A stretch of 64,000 nucleotides of DNA, taken from positions 124,001 to 188,000 of the forward strand of contig JBLDXI010000045.1 of NCBI GenBank assembly GCA_047495785.1, written 5' to 3'. Shown piece by piece: positions 1-13,989 of this stretch. The stretch is from Lepidodermella squamata (taxonomy: Eukaryota; Animalia; Gastrotricha). The translations under genes were made by a program, and so were the position numbers. A model generated the notes under the pieces. It was not told where the DNA came from. It searched no databases and was given only the letters and a program-made list of their open reading frames with translations. Position 1 is the first letter of the stretch, and each line of letters opens with the position of its first letter.

Positions 1-3000
1 GAAATTCCAGGTGACTGCGCACCGGGAAAAGCGGCGATTTATCAGACAAAAATATCCCGCTCGCAATTAAATTAAGTTTTCTGAAACGAATCGTCTGATA
101 TTAGTAAAGCGACAGACCTATAGAACAAAAATACTCTTTTTTAGGCAATTTTTAGATATTATCGCAGTCACTTAATTAAGCACTGACTCGCGATAAGAAA
201 ATCACATTAAAACATTGACATTTCATGTCTTAAAAATTTAATTATCTTTACATGTCACCGTTGGCCAGTCGAACACACAATTAATTAAATGCAAAATGTT
301 CACAGGTTAAGTGTACGAATAGCGTACCTACCGGTGTTTTTTTTGTATAAAGAGGACATCAAAAACATGCAAAAAGCGGACAGGTGCGAAGTACGTGCGT
401 CTGAGCTTTCTACGCCAAATCATTTGGTGTTCGAGGCGTGACCATTTCAATAGACATCTGTCGAAAAGTCCGGCGTTTTTAAAGGGCAGACAGTTATTAT
501 TTTTGTCAATGACGCGACACAAAAAATCACCGCGATTTGAAAGAAAGAGTGGTGTCGGCTGTAATCGCCCCGGGGTCAAATTATTTGCAAAAGATTAAGA
601 TGGCATATAGGGCTACACAAAAAAATGCGAAATTTTGCCATGCATGTGGCGAGATGCGGGGCGACTCACGAGATAAAATGCGCCGTCCTATTCGGCGCCG
701 ATGAGAGATGGATGGACGGTAATCAGCGGAAGACGGCCCAATGGATATTTATCGCATTATGACATGTGAAATGCGGGCGTTGTGACGCGCGTGCGCATAT
801 ATGGTTTTTTTTCGGGGAAATATTGATGATGCCAGTAAATTACATTTTTTTCGCGGCGCCAGCACGCGCTATCTCTTTTTGCGCTAAAAATATTCGCCGC
901 GTCGGCCAGACCAAAGCCACGGCTCATTAGCTAGGCATTATTCGCGGGGCAATGTTAGCCGAAAATAGCGATATGAGAGTCCCTAGTAAAGGACAGCCAA
1001 TTTTTTTCCAGAATCCTTAATGCTATCCAAGAGAGTCTCAGTAAGCGTAAAAAAATTAAAAAAATAAAATTATCGTATAATTTTAATTTTAACTGTTACT
1101 CCTACGTTGGCGAGTTGCTCTGAGATTTTGTCCGCTTCTCGCAAATCTCCCATCAAACGCGTCGCTCTCCCCAATCACACTTCTGACTTCCTGCTCACGC
1201 GATAAGACGGCGACCTCTCTAATAGTGTACAAAAAAATAGCTCACGGTCGCCAGACGCCGATGTAGTGGATATTCGTATATGCTTGGACTTGGATAAATC
1301 GGAGGACTTTTTAACAATAAAAACTATGGCGCGAATTACGTATATTACCACTGGCCTGGGTAAAGTTTCTTATAAATAATAATTGCCAACACTTTGATAT
1401 AATAATATACAGAAAAATGTGGGACCAACGGCGCGCTCATATCGGCGCCGCCATCACACAAAAAACGAATGAGGAGAGGCCATTAGATGCAATAAAAGCC
1501 GAAAAAAAGCGAACCAACGTTCGATAAAAAATTCCTATACTTTCGCATGCTACTACTTGTCGCAGCGCGCGTGCCGACGAAAAATTACACGCCTGTGTAT
1601 GTTTCGTATATATATATATAGTATATTAATATAGGGCTGGGCATATTTGCACGGCGAGCGGGAAGAGCGTGCGGCCGCTGGGGGGCGTTGGTGGCGGCAC
1701 GGCGGAACCGCTGCGTCGTCCGGCCGGCGCCTATTCTGGTCGTACTTTATTGACCCGGCCTGCAGTTTTTTTCTGTATATTGCGCATAAGTATATCGCGT
1801 GTTTTCGCATGACGGCCGTCTGACGCGCGCGCGCGATGCCAGACGGGCAGGCGAGCGCGCAAAAAAATTGCACACAGCGACCGGAGCATACTTAGTTTTT
1901 TGTCGACGGCGGCGCCATGGGCTTCGCTGGCCGGCTCAATTTTTATATTTTATATATATATATACGATTTTTTTCGCTTTCGGACTCAGGAAATGAATAC
2001 GCGGACAATGAAAAGCTTATTTCTGCGAAACCTTGAGCTTTTTTCGTAATATAACTGCACCACGGATGGCCCTTGTGCACTCTACGCAAGTATATACATA
2101 TAGTTCAGATGAACGGGAAATTACGACTGTTGGATATAGGCAATAAGCCTGTTTAAAATAAACAGATAAAATCGAGGTCGGGTAATGAAAAGGTGCGGAC
2201 AGCGGATTTAATCAGTTTAGACACTGCCGGCTACTAAATGCGCTCATCTACTAATACTTTGCACTTGCGATGGACGCACGGTGCGAGTAATTTTTTTCGC
2301 AGAATATAAAAGTAAAATTAATCTCACTTGGAACAAAAAAAGACAAGAGAAAACTGTAAGACATTTTCTGTCGACCAGTGACAAAATTCTCAAGGCACGA
2401 TCACCTGATTGATCACATGAACAATTAAAACCCATCATTGCAACTAATTTGAATTTTCTAAATTTAGAAAATACTAATGACAAAAAATAATTGAATTTCG
2501 CTATACATTTGCCGCTCAGGTATTCAAGCAGGGCGCTGATTGACAGGGAAATCTCAAAAAAACTCGGGACTATAAGAATGAATCAACCACGACCCGGCTA
2601 TAAAATATGTGCTCATTTGTAGGGAGATGAGGCTGGTCGGCCAAAAATAAGCAGGCAACATGCGCCGGCGGAGACCCAGTATTGCATTTTTATTGCCGGT
2701 GCCAGACACATGTACAGCCAAGCGCCAGACGCCAGCAGCAAAAATATATAATTTACGTTATGCGCTTTAAAGGAGAGAGAGAGAGGCGGTGTGTAGGGCG
2801 AAACGGAAGGGGGTGGGGGCACGAAAAAATGAGCAGCTACGTGGTGCTAAATCTGTGAAATGATGCTTAATATTTGCTGAAAAGTTATTTTACATACGCG
2901 ATATTTTTTTTTTTACAGCTGCTCGCCATCGTATTTACCGATGCTAGTCATTTTTTGGTGTTTGCGTCCATAGCCGGTGGCAAAACTATAAATTCTGCTA

Positions 3001-5327
3001 TATAGCTTGAGCAAATAGCGAGTGAATAATAACGCGATGGATGGGTAGAAAATCGAAGATCGAGAGCACTACATGTCCCGCGCGCACAGTCTGGACAGAC
3101 ATTTATCCCGTGTAGCGAAACGGCCATCTCATGGCGAATTAATCTGTGCTATAAGGCCATGGAATGCGACAACTAAAAGGGTTCTTTCACCTGATTTTTA
3201 ATGACAACCTGCGTAGCAGATGTTAGTTATATATTGGCTTCTGACGCATGTTGAAAGGCGCTTTTAATAGGATCCAGACGATGGGTTTAGGTGAAACAGC
3301 CTCTCGCTAATTAAGTTAAAACAATGTAGCAGTGCTAGATCGAAAAAAAACGGAACAAGAAATAAGAACCTATAAGTAATCTTAGATAATAGCTGTCGTA
3401 TAGTGCATGGCCTATAATGGACATTTTATTCAGAGGGGCCGCCCTGTTTTTCACGCTTGACGGATGTGGTCAGCAGGGTGACAGAAGTCATGGCAAAGGA
3501 AACCCGCTATGCAAAAAACTCTTGACGCTGTATAATGCTGAAAAGCACCGGATGAACGCTGATTACGGGCGACGTATTTCGAATGCATAAAAAACTAATA
3601 AAGATTTGTGTTTCTGGCTTGAGATAAAAATATATACGCCGGCTTGTTAGTGGCAACTACCTGCTGCCTCTCGAAGAGCAGGGGCAGCAGCACGAGCTGC
3701 TGGGATTTTTTGTCGTCGATATGTAAAAAAGCTTTGTCGCACGCTTGCCGTAAAAGAACGCATGCATAATAATATACATGGGGTCGGGAAAAAACGCGAA
3801 TATATCACAACAACAGTAAACAAAAAAGGAGCCAAGCGGCAGAAAAATTATGCGAGCCTACGCATGGCTGCAACCTGCTTCACGGCTGGACATCTGTTTT
3901 CTTGCAAGAAATCTCTGCAAGAATATTATTTTTTCCCGATGTAAAAAAAAAGAAACTTAATCTAGCGATATTGAGAAGACGCGGTGCTCCCCTCTTGAGC
4001 GCAAATTAAAAGCCCCTGGACGATCGGCGGGATTGAATAGTTCCTGGACAAGCGATTGATCACTCATTTCGGATAATTAGGAATTCAGAATCTCCCATCA
4101 AGTGCATCGAGAAAAAATGCTGGCTAGTATATGTGCATTTGAATGCTCGAGTATGGCCAGTGAGCTTATAATCTTCGCCGCAAAAAACGTAAATGTACTA
4201 GGTATATAGGTGAAGCGGGGAAGAAATCATCTTTTAATTTTGTTCAACAATCTGCGACGGCGCGCGAATCGCCTCGAGGGAGCGCAAGATTTGTCCGAAA
4301 TTTCTTTTTCGCCAGCCAAAAAAATGCCGAATGGCCATGGATTTCACCGGATATAAAAGCAATTAACTTCAAAATTAGTTTGAACTTGCGCTTTCGATTC
4401 TAGCTTTTTTTTATAAGACCCTTATTTGTATTTGGTCACATGGCAGGCTTCCTCTAGCCATTAATATGGGCAGTTTATTTTACCAGGGAAAATCCGTTTT
4501 AATCTGCATGAAAGACCAGCTAATAATTATAGAATTCTCGCTAATTAATGGGATTAAACGGGAGGACCGCGACGAGTTGATTTTTTTGTTAATTGAAGGC
4601 TATAAGGTGATCGGGGTGATTCAGCGCGTATTTTTCCGAGAAATCCTCAAGTCCAGATTAAAAATTTCACCAGAAGTGACGTAGCACTTATTCACGTCTA
4701 ATCTGACGGCGTTAATTCCGCGGGTCACAAGTGACATCTCAGCCACAGACATGATGTGTCTAGTCCTATGGCTTCTCGCGCATAATGTCAATCTTTCAAC
4801 TTATTTGTCCCCGAGTTCCAGGATGCCCATACTCGATATTGAAGCCGGTTCCTTGATGTTAATACCTTAGGAAGCCCTCTAACGGGTGCACCGAATGCCT
4901 ATCAACGGCGAAAATGTCAAGATTTCTAGCTACGTCCGCTCGTGTTATACGGTGACATGAACCGCGCCTGCAGTCCGGTCGTTCATTTCGTTTAACCTAA
5001 AATGAAAAAAATAGGGCAATCAATCACACGGTACGGGAATTCATTGTCCAAGACAAAACTGCAGCCTTTCGTTTTATTCATAAATATAGCTGTGAATTAC
5101 AAAAAAGACACTTCGAACCACGAAAAATACGACTATTCGAATATTGCGCCTCGGAATTTCCTAAAACATCACATTAAACGCGCGGACGTCACGCAGACAA
5201 AAACTTGTACCGAACGCTAATAAGTACACTTCATATCACCTGCATAGCATTTTGATTGCAATGTAATACTCGAATGAAATCGTCCACATCTAGGTGCAAA
5301 AACGACGAATGTCTCCTGGACAAATTG

Positions 5328-8300
5328 TCACAGCGACGACTCCTCTTGCAAAGTCCCGATAAGCTCGCATAGGGCCAGCGTCATGCTGTACATAGTGTAG
5401 GACTCGGGCAGTTGGGATAAACTCAGCGATAACAGCCGGCTTAAAACAGGCAGCGATTTAGCCGACAACGCCCCTTCGCCGAACGAACTCGCGAGTAAAC
5501 TGCTCTCCTGGTCGTTCAAGCATTCAGCGAGCCAATGAACTAGTTCAGGCGCGAAAGCGTCGAGCCGGTTTCGAAGCGCCTGAGACCGCGAGCCTCGATC
5601 GCCTTGATACACAAGTCTAGCGATGAGATTTCCGATAGCGGCAATGACGGGCGGCCAGAATTTGACGGCGTTGAATTCGGTTTGACCCTCAGTTGTTGCT
5701 GCTGAGTAGCTTTCGGCCAACTGAACGAGTTCGTCGGAAACGCTAACGCAGGTGAGCATGGCGAGATTTCGGCCGGTTATAAGCGACTTGTCCAGGTGCC
5801 AGAAGTTGACCAGTCGCATTGACAGTTCGTTCCACTGATCGTAGTAAGGGCAGTTTTTAAGGAGGAAGGTAACATTGGGCGGCTTTATCGCGAAAAGAAG
5901 CGCTCTTGTTATTCGAATGATGAACTAGAGTGAAAGAACCATTAATCATCAAGCTCTATTATTGCTATAAAAACTAACGTTTGTTCGACTTTCGACTACA
6001 TAATCGAGCACGTGAGGCGGTGGAGTCGGGGCAGAGTAAAGATCTTGAAACAGGATGGATTGTTCCTAAAATTTGAAAAAAATTTGAAAATATAATGAAA
6101 TTTAAAACAGTATTTCGCGGAACCCAATTTCAAATCTTTGCCTCCATCAAAAACCATCAAAAAGTGCTATTCTCGAATAATTATTTATACAGAATATCTT
6201 CTGATCTTCGGAACGAGATTTACGTGAGCGAAACCTAAATTCCAATTGCTGAACCAAATTCGCGTTTCGCGAAACCTAATTCAAAATGCTAAATGTTGTC
6301 AAGTCCAAAAAATTTCAAGAATTTCGAGCAACTTTGATTTCTAAAGTGACCGCTACGTCTTGCACAAAATTCCGCACTGAATATAAAAATAATTTATTTC
6401 GAATTAAGATTGGAAGTTCTGAAAAGTGGTTTCAAACCCAATAAATATTCAAAAATTTGGTTCCGGTAAGAGGACGACCTCTTTTATTATCATGATTACG
6501 CTGTGTTCTCAAAGTGATTATCAGGTTTTGTACAGAAAATCCAGCATAATTTTATTCAATTTAAAATCCGATATTTCTTATTATTATGTGGGCCAAAATC
6601 GCCCATGCAGTCCCATCAATTTTCCAAAATATGGGGTTACACAGTTTTCGTCAGGCCTTAAATTATTCGCTACTTGTTTTCCGTATCGCAGGTTTGTTTA
6701 CAGCCTAGATCCAGTTTGGAAATCGTATGTCAATCATTCAATAAACGTTAGGACAATTCGGGAATTACAAAATCATACATAAGTAGGTTATTATGGCATC
6801 CCAAAATTTCTGGACAATTTATTAATTTGCAGTATTTTCACTTCCGGGATGCAATAATTCGATCTATTTTCAATTTTTCAAGTACTAAAACTTCCAAAAC
6901 ATAAACCTTAAATTGAAGTGGATTGCTTTGATCTGATTTCTGACTTGTCAGCTATCAGCTGAGCAGTTAAAAATAGTGCACAATGAGATCAAACAACTAT
7001 AATGAATGGTGTCAATCGGACATTCAAGTACACAATGCAAAATTCATTAAAATGGCTAATATCATCTGGTCAATTTAAGCCGATGTAACTTGTCGCATCA
7101 ATCAATAATTCTGAAATGACCTACATCTACGTGGATAAATTAGGAGGATATATGATTCCGATTCGCTGAATCAGCATTTAAAAATAACAGTGTCCATAGT
7201 GCCAGTTAATTTACTTAGAATTAATCCTAAATTTGCTAAATCGCCTAATTTGACATAATCTTGTCATTAAAGTCGCTATCATTCATCGAATTTTGACGAT
7301 TCCGGTACGTCTGGGTCAAAATTAGACGTCCATAGTGCGGCAATTTTACTCGGACCAAATCCTAAATTTACCTAATTTGATATAATCTTGTTATTCAAGT
7401 CGTTTCTGGAACGTCTGCGCCAGACAGTTTTAATTTTAACAATAATTTTGTCCTAATGATCAGACAAAAACGGGTTAATCAACGTACAATGTGGGAGAAC
7501 AGGTGATCGAGAGAGGCTGGTTTCAGACGGAAATGGATGATAATTCGCAGGACGATAGCAGCCTCGAGATGCAGGTTCAAACACTCGACGTTATTTATCG
7601 TCACATCAGCAGCCGCTGCTTGATCCGCCAGCGAGATGCGGCCTTTATCATCCGGCGGTTTCGGCCAAACCGCCTCAGCATTCAGCAACGATTTTTCAAC
7701 CGAAGGAGTTAGCGATTTGTCATTCATTTTTGACGTAGACTCAATTAAGAGCTCAAATAGCTGCGAGGTAAATGCAGCAACCTGCTCAGCGGCTAATTCA
7801 GTTATCCCATCGCCGAATTCGGAGTCGCGAGGCGCCCTGTCCAGTCTTAAGGTGGACATGAAAGCCGTTTGAAAAATCGGCCGGACCAATTTAGACCATA
7901 TGTGTTGCAGCAGCCAGCATTTTAGCCGTAAATTAGCCGGCGATATCGAATTCGCGTACGAAATCGACGCTTCGAGTAGAAACGGCTGCGAGCCAATGAA
8001 TTCTTGCCGCGACCACGAGTGGGCCGATTCCCACGAGCAACCGGCTAAAATCTGATCGCTACTCAGCGAGGCCGGCAGAATTGCAATAAGCCGCGCTAGC
8101 AAATGATCGATCGTCGACTCAACTGTCAATAATTTGATTGCCTTGCTGCTGCTGCTATGCGCCGCAATGTCAACGCGCCCGAAAAACTCGCGAATGTCAA
8201 ATTTTGACGCAACAATCCACCGGCAAATGTGTTCACACAGCAAATCAACGCCGTTATTTGTTATCATCGATGAAGATAATTGCGGTAGTTGAACGACTTG

Positions 8301-11142
8301 AATGTCCTGAACATCTGTATCCCACCCATCTGTACCGGTTTCTTGCTGCTGCTGCTGTTGGGGTTGATTTATCGATTTACAAGAAATTAACATTTCAAAC
8401 AACGATAAAACAGTTAATTGCGTGCATAATTGACTCCACTCGTCCTGAGCGCTTTTGTTGTCGAATTTGAACGAATCACTTTCTAGCAGCATAGCACTGA
8501 CTGAAATATCCGCGTCCCAATCGCCGGCCATTTCAAGTAAGGAGGATTGCTCCTCGCTAGCGACTGGCTGATTTTTCGCCGATAATTGACTAGCTATTAA
8601 GGCGACGCTGAGCGCCTTAACGTGGGCGAACGAGTCTGAACACATTTTGAAACACGTGTTCCAAAACGTTTGACTCTCGGCTACAACAAGCCGCGATAGC
8701 ATTTGAAGCAGTGACACCAGTAGAGACAAATGCTCAACCGTTAACAGCGGCGAAACTGGCGAGAAGAAATAGCCGAGTAAAAATCGCAATAATTCAATCG
8801 GTTTGAAAATTTGACTAGCAAATAATGAAATTGCCGAGTCGAATTGATGAGCTCTGTCTGAATAGTCTTCCATTTGAAATAGAAACCCGAAAATATGAGC
8901 ACCAAGTAGCACGTCAGAGCTTTGCTGTGAAATTCCAGGCTTGCTAAGAACGCCTAATAGCTCCATAAATTCGATCAAGTGCATTGGCTTCGCTGGCTGG
9001 CGGTGATCGTCCTGGATTTTCATTCCATTAACAAGGCAATATGTCTCGAAAATCTGGTGATAACTATCCCGTTCATTCACTCGCAAACAAAATGTGCTGA
9101 GAATCGCGTCGAGATTCACCCCGGGTGATGCTTTTCGAGTTGACGCCGATTTCGCAAACGAGTCAAGATTCGTGTATAAATTAATCGCAGCAATCGCTTT
9201 GCTGCAAAGCGAATGAAACCGCTGGCCATCTTCGGCTGGCAGACGCTTCGAAATCGGAAGTAAATCAGTCAACGCTGCGATCAAATTAGCCGGATTTTTC
9301 TGCTGACTTTTAATAATCAGTTGAACGGCAGTGTCCCTGGTTTCGTCTAGATGCATTTTACCAACGATTTCCGCATAAGACTCGGATTTCCCTTGTCTCA
9401 AAGCTGCGTCTAAATCGCGAAGTAACGACTGATCCAACAACTTCGCACGGTTTCTATCTGCAACAGCCCAATGGAACGCAACCTCAACCGCGTAAATCGG
9501 GCCGTCGGATGATAATAGGAAGCAAGATTCGAGGCCTAAATCCATGGGATCATTCACCATTGACCGAGTCCATCCTAACATTCCGTGCGGTGCATAGATT
9601 AGACGAGAATTAGGGGCTACGTCCGTCACGTGAATTCGTTCCCATCGCTCGCCGCCCCAAACTTCGAGCTGGCAACGTCGAGGCGAGTGGATCACAAGAA
9701 ATTGCGTTCCTCTGGAATTTCGACCTTCAGAACTTTTAGAATCGCTGTCTTGAAGGGAACGAACCCAGCCGATTTGAGCCTCTCGATAACCTTTAAATTG
9801 CTTCACGATAATTCCGAGTTCGAGATCAAGGACGTAAATTCGATTAAAATTATCAGTTACAGCTGCTAGACGATGATTGGGAGACGCGGCGATAGTTTGA
9901 CCAACTCGAGGTCGGTCCAACAAAACGTTTTTCAAATTCAATATTTTAGGCGCTTCTTGAGCCGCGGTTTGTTCGTCTGACGACGAAGAGCTGTACTTCT
10001 GTTGATCAGTTTGCCGGCTCCAAGACAGCAGACCGGCCACGCTTGACACGATTTTATTAGTGACTGCCGAAGTCAAATCACTGACCAAACTGCCGGCTTG
10101 TTTCCGTTCTTGACCTGTCCAAGTTCCGATGAAGGGCATAGAACCCGCGCTGACGAAATGAGACAATTGATTGCATGTATTGATATCAGCACCACTTTGA
10201 TAAGTAGCATAAAACAATGCGCTCAGCTCGGACATTGGCCGAATTCCGCATGTAACGAAGTCGTTCACATTGTCGATATCTGTGAATTTCCATTTCGTAA
10301 ACGATAACATGCTATGAGGAATGGTCGATGCGGAATTAATAGGGCCACTCGACGGTCGCAATGCCTGCTGAGCGTAAACAACTCGCAACAACTGGAATAA
10401 ACCGAATGCATCGATAGTAACAAGAATTCCATCAGCAAAGAGTATGGTAAAATCGTCGCCAGGTTCAGCTACGTTACCGCATTGGGTATTCAACCAGTGT
10501 TGAGTTCTGCATTTCATTTGTACAATCGGCTTTGTATTAAACGATTGGCCGAACAAATAAATGCCATTCTACAAAAACAATTTCGTCCATTACCTAATCA
10601 AACACGTAATTATCAATGCTTACCTCTGTGAACATTTGCAGCAACCCACTTCGATATCCGACGGCGATGCAAGTCCACTCGGCCTGACCATGAGTGCTTA
10701 CTTTTTGAGAAGCGATCGGCAAACATATCACACATGTTGGAATATCATTGCTGGTATTAGGACCTCCGCTCAATTCGAGGGTGGTTCTCAAAGTAAAAAC
10801 AGGACCCGATTTGGAAGACTGGGACCCTATGATAAAAATATATCAAAAATCCAGATAGATCATTTCTCGTAGTAATTACTCGTCAACAAGCAGCACCTGG
10901 ATTTCTTCGCCAAGACAACCAGGTCACCAGTAGGAGCGATTGCTACCAGTGAGTCGTTTAAGCGAAACTCTTGATCGCCGTCATTACTCAGCCAAGATTG
11001 CCGTTGGAAGTTCACTAATAAATTAGAAAATTAACGCGGAAATCGTAAAATGTTAGAAAATATTACCTGGCGATGCAACAGCCGCTTTGGATGACAAAAA
11101 CTCGCTGATGTCACCGACCTTTTTTAACCACTGATTATCCAT
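5328..11142 (-). CDS. RAB3GAP2: Rab3 GTPase-activating protein non-catalytic subunit (multi-exon)
   Basis: ORFs 10594-10791, 7479-10556 and 5328-5819 join through GT-AG introns. ATG at 11142, exon 11142-11067, next exon from 11014, long exon ends 7488, 1.4-kb intron, exon resumes 6065. Motifs WTCIAVGYRSG, LAAVTDNFNRIYVLD and KQFKGYREAQIGW match the RAB3GAP2 N-terminal domain. Confidence 0.9.
7192..7402. repeat. Two diverged direct repeats (about 80 bp) in the RAB3GAP2 intron
   Basis: gtccatagtg...aatcctaaattt...cctaatttga(c/t)ataatcttgt(c/t)att(a/c)aagtcg occurs at about 7192-7274 and 7328-7402. Confidence 0.7.
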
Positions 11143-11594
11143 TGTAGATCATGTTGGGAATTATTGATAAGTTACTATAAATTACAAAACAAAAATTCAG
11201 GCAAGAGAATTGACAATAAGTCAAGTGCCAAATGAAGTTCGTATCATAGAAATTTATTTCTTCAATAAATATTCGGAGCATTGATCCTACATAGCGAAAA
11301 CTGCTGCTTGTGCATAGATGTCCATTCTTAGTTGAGAGGAATCTACCTCAGCCCTCGATTAACAGCCCTGGATAAGTACTTATCTTGCCCTCTCCTCGGC
11401 CAGCTGATAGCTGATAGACAATTAAGTGATATGAACTATGTAAAAGCAGCAATGTACGAACAGACATGCCCATAAATATTTCAATAATGAGCTGAAAACC
11501 ATAGCGTAGTGACTAAAGTCATGAAGTACCAAAGTGTTAAGTGAATAGCAGAACAATGACTCCCGTAAAATATTCCGATAAGATTCTTCAAAAA

Positions 11595-12014
11595 TTAGTT
11601 TGATCCAGGGGTAGTGCTAGCTTTTGACAGAGCACTAATCCATTGATCCTTTTCTAGCTGAGAAGCGGCAGCAATACGCACAGATTCGGCAGAGTCGATG
11701 AAAAGTAACGAAAAGCGATGCAAACGATTTTTGTAAAGAGCCTCGCCTTCATCCCAAATAACCGCTTCCGAATCAGATTCGTCAACCACTCTAAATCTCT
11801 CTAGAACGTAGAAGCCAAACAGCGAGCAGTCATTGCGGCCTGATTGATTTTGAAGCTCGAACAAGAATAACAGATTCGCTCTTAATCGGCCGTAACACTC
11901 GACGTATCGTTCGCTTGATTGATCCCACACCCACAGCAAGTTTTCAACGGCAAAGTAAGATGCATCATGCTCACTGGCAAGATTAATCACATGCTGTGCA
12001 TTTTCGAGCAACAT
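11595..12014 (-). CDS. Single PH-domain protein, PLEKHJ1-like
   Basis: Intronless ORF with first ATG at 12014. RLRANLLFLF...GFYVLERFRV...FSLLF...EKDQWISALSKAS fits a PH fold with the conserved C-terminal Trp helix and resembles PLEKHJ1. Confidence 0.65.
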   Translation of the reverse strand: MLLENAQHVINLASEHDASYFAVENLLWVWDQSSERYVECYGRLRANLLFLFELQNQSGRNDCSLFGFYVLERFRVVDESDSEAVIWDEGEALYKNRLHRFSLLFIDSAESVRIAAASQLEKDQWISALSKASTTPGSN

Positions 12015-12451
12015 TTCAGGACGTTTGTGAAGGCGATCATCCAAGTCAATCACTTCGGAGTCGGTTCCAAAATATTGAATTGAACTTTTATTTTTCCTAC
12101 GGCAAATATAAATTGTCGAAATCGTCTTTAAAAAATATGAGCATTGTATTTAAGCCTGCTAATACGTTATTAAATGTCATAATCGAATAGTTCGTGTTTT
12201 TTCGCAGCTAATGTGACGTGGAAACGATGCGCCGCAGGATTACCGAGTGACGCCGGGTTGCCGCTGTCGTTTCCGACGACCGAAACGTAATTCCTTGTGG
12301 ACATGTATCCTCGTTTTTCAAGTCATGAGAGTGTTAATTGCCATATCAATCAATTTCATTTATCAGCTACTTATTACAATCTCCGATGGGAAGGATTTCG
12401 GGGCGTTTGGTCTCGATTTGCTTGTCATTCGCTTCCCACTTGTCCCATCTA

Positions 12452-13909
12452 CTGTAAAAACAGAAATTTCTGCGAGGACTTTATTTCTGCGAATGGCCAA
12501 TTTTTCAGGTAGTTTTAATTTCTGCGGACAAAATTTTTGCGAATGGAAAAACTGAGCTTTTTTCGGAGAATTCTGATCGCTTCCGGAGGGTTAAGGCTGA
12601 GGGTTAAAAGTTAAGGTTAGGGTTATGTTGGGGGTGGGTTGCCCTCTGAGAGTGAGCCCTCTTGGCACTTCTACACACGAAATTGGAAGAGGATCGGCAA
12701 CTGACGTTCATAACGTTTAGCTGTTCTTAGCGTAACGCTATTGACTATTGGTCCGGGTCAACTTTCAAAACCCAAACCAGCAAAAAGAACAGGTCTAACC
12801 CGAAGATGACTCGTGAATATTTTTGGCTTTGAGAGATAGAAAGGTAGCTGTCTTAACTGACATATTGTAATTTGATGGCGAAGCTATTTTCAAAAAGGAT
12901 TTCCCCGGTGCTCTCGCCCCTATTAATAGTTTTGAACTCAACGAGCCATGCGCGAGAAGCGTCTGCCGAAGGATGAACTCTTATACCAGGAAGGCTGCAA
13001 ATCAACATTGAGCAAAATCCCTGAGCTTGAATCCGTCGTTTTTTCATTTACCGCGAGGTTCACGTGTAGAGATGTAAACTACGCCCGCCGAGCCTCGAGA
13101 AAGTTTTCACTAGAAATTTCGTTTTTCCAACGACAGTTTGAGCACAAATTCTTGTACGAACCCGGGCTTCGAACCCGTGCATCACTAAAACCCCACTAAA
13201 ACCTATACTAGTTGCAGTGGCGGAGATAATAGGTTGTTCGGGGGATGCAAGCGACCGTAAATTACCGTAAGCCGTAACCCCCAAAATGGACCTTTTTAGC
13301 CCCTCTTTAGGCTTTAGGTAAAGAAAGCGCCAAAAGGCTTTCCGAAAAGCCCACAAGTAGGTAAAGCCGAGTACTGCTATGTGTCTGCTATATTCGGTTG
13401 GCTCACATGACAATAATTATGACAAGGCGTTTTTGTGGCGATGAAAAACTACGAAAAATCGAAAAAAACAAACACGAGCTGGAGACTTTATTTAAAGTTC
13501 CCTGGGGTTTTGAAAAATGAAGTTGTGACCCCCTTACTCAGACTATTTTCCCACCTCGTGCTAGCTTAGCTTATCCAACTTATTTCCGCCACTGGCTAGT
13601 TACCTATTACCTAGAAACCGGGCCACTTTGCTCATTAAATCTGTGAAATTTTATCCTCTAGGCCATGCTAATTGCTCTACATACCATGGAAAATGGCTAA
13701 GGGGCCCAACCCGGCTAGGTAGCCTGTATTCCCTTGCTTCATATGAAGGGGCATGCAAACTTTCACGAGCCTGAGCGATTATTGCTTCGTTTTAAGCGAA
13801 TTCTGAAGAATTAGTGGGACTTAAATTCTGCGAATTTAATTTTTGCGAGTCAAAATTTTCTCGCAGATTCGCAAAAATTAAGTCCTCGCAGAAATTTCTG
13901 TTTTTACAG
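12452..13909. mobile_element. Non-autonomous TIR DNA transposon with TA target-site duplication (Tc1/mariner-like)
   Basis: ta|CTGTAAAAACAGAAATTTCTGCGAGGACTT at 12452 and AAGTCCTCGCAGAAATTTCTGTTTTTACAG|ta ending 13909. No transposase ORF inside. Confidence 0.85.
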
Positions 13910-13989
13910 TATAGCGGACAATATTACTTATCCGTAAAACCTTTTTATTCCTAGTTCCTAGATTAGGACCAACTCAATTGCTCAATTTA

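Noticed and set aside
13155-13215. B-box-like GGTTCGAAGCC on the minus strand as a tRNA gene
   Set aside because: No convincing A box or cloverleaf.
12853-13413. ORFs inside the 12452-13909 element as a transposase
   Set aside because: Short, with no DDE/DDD or HTH motifs.
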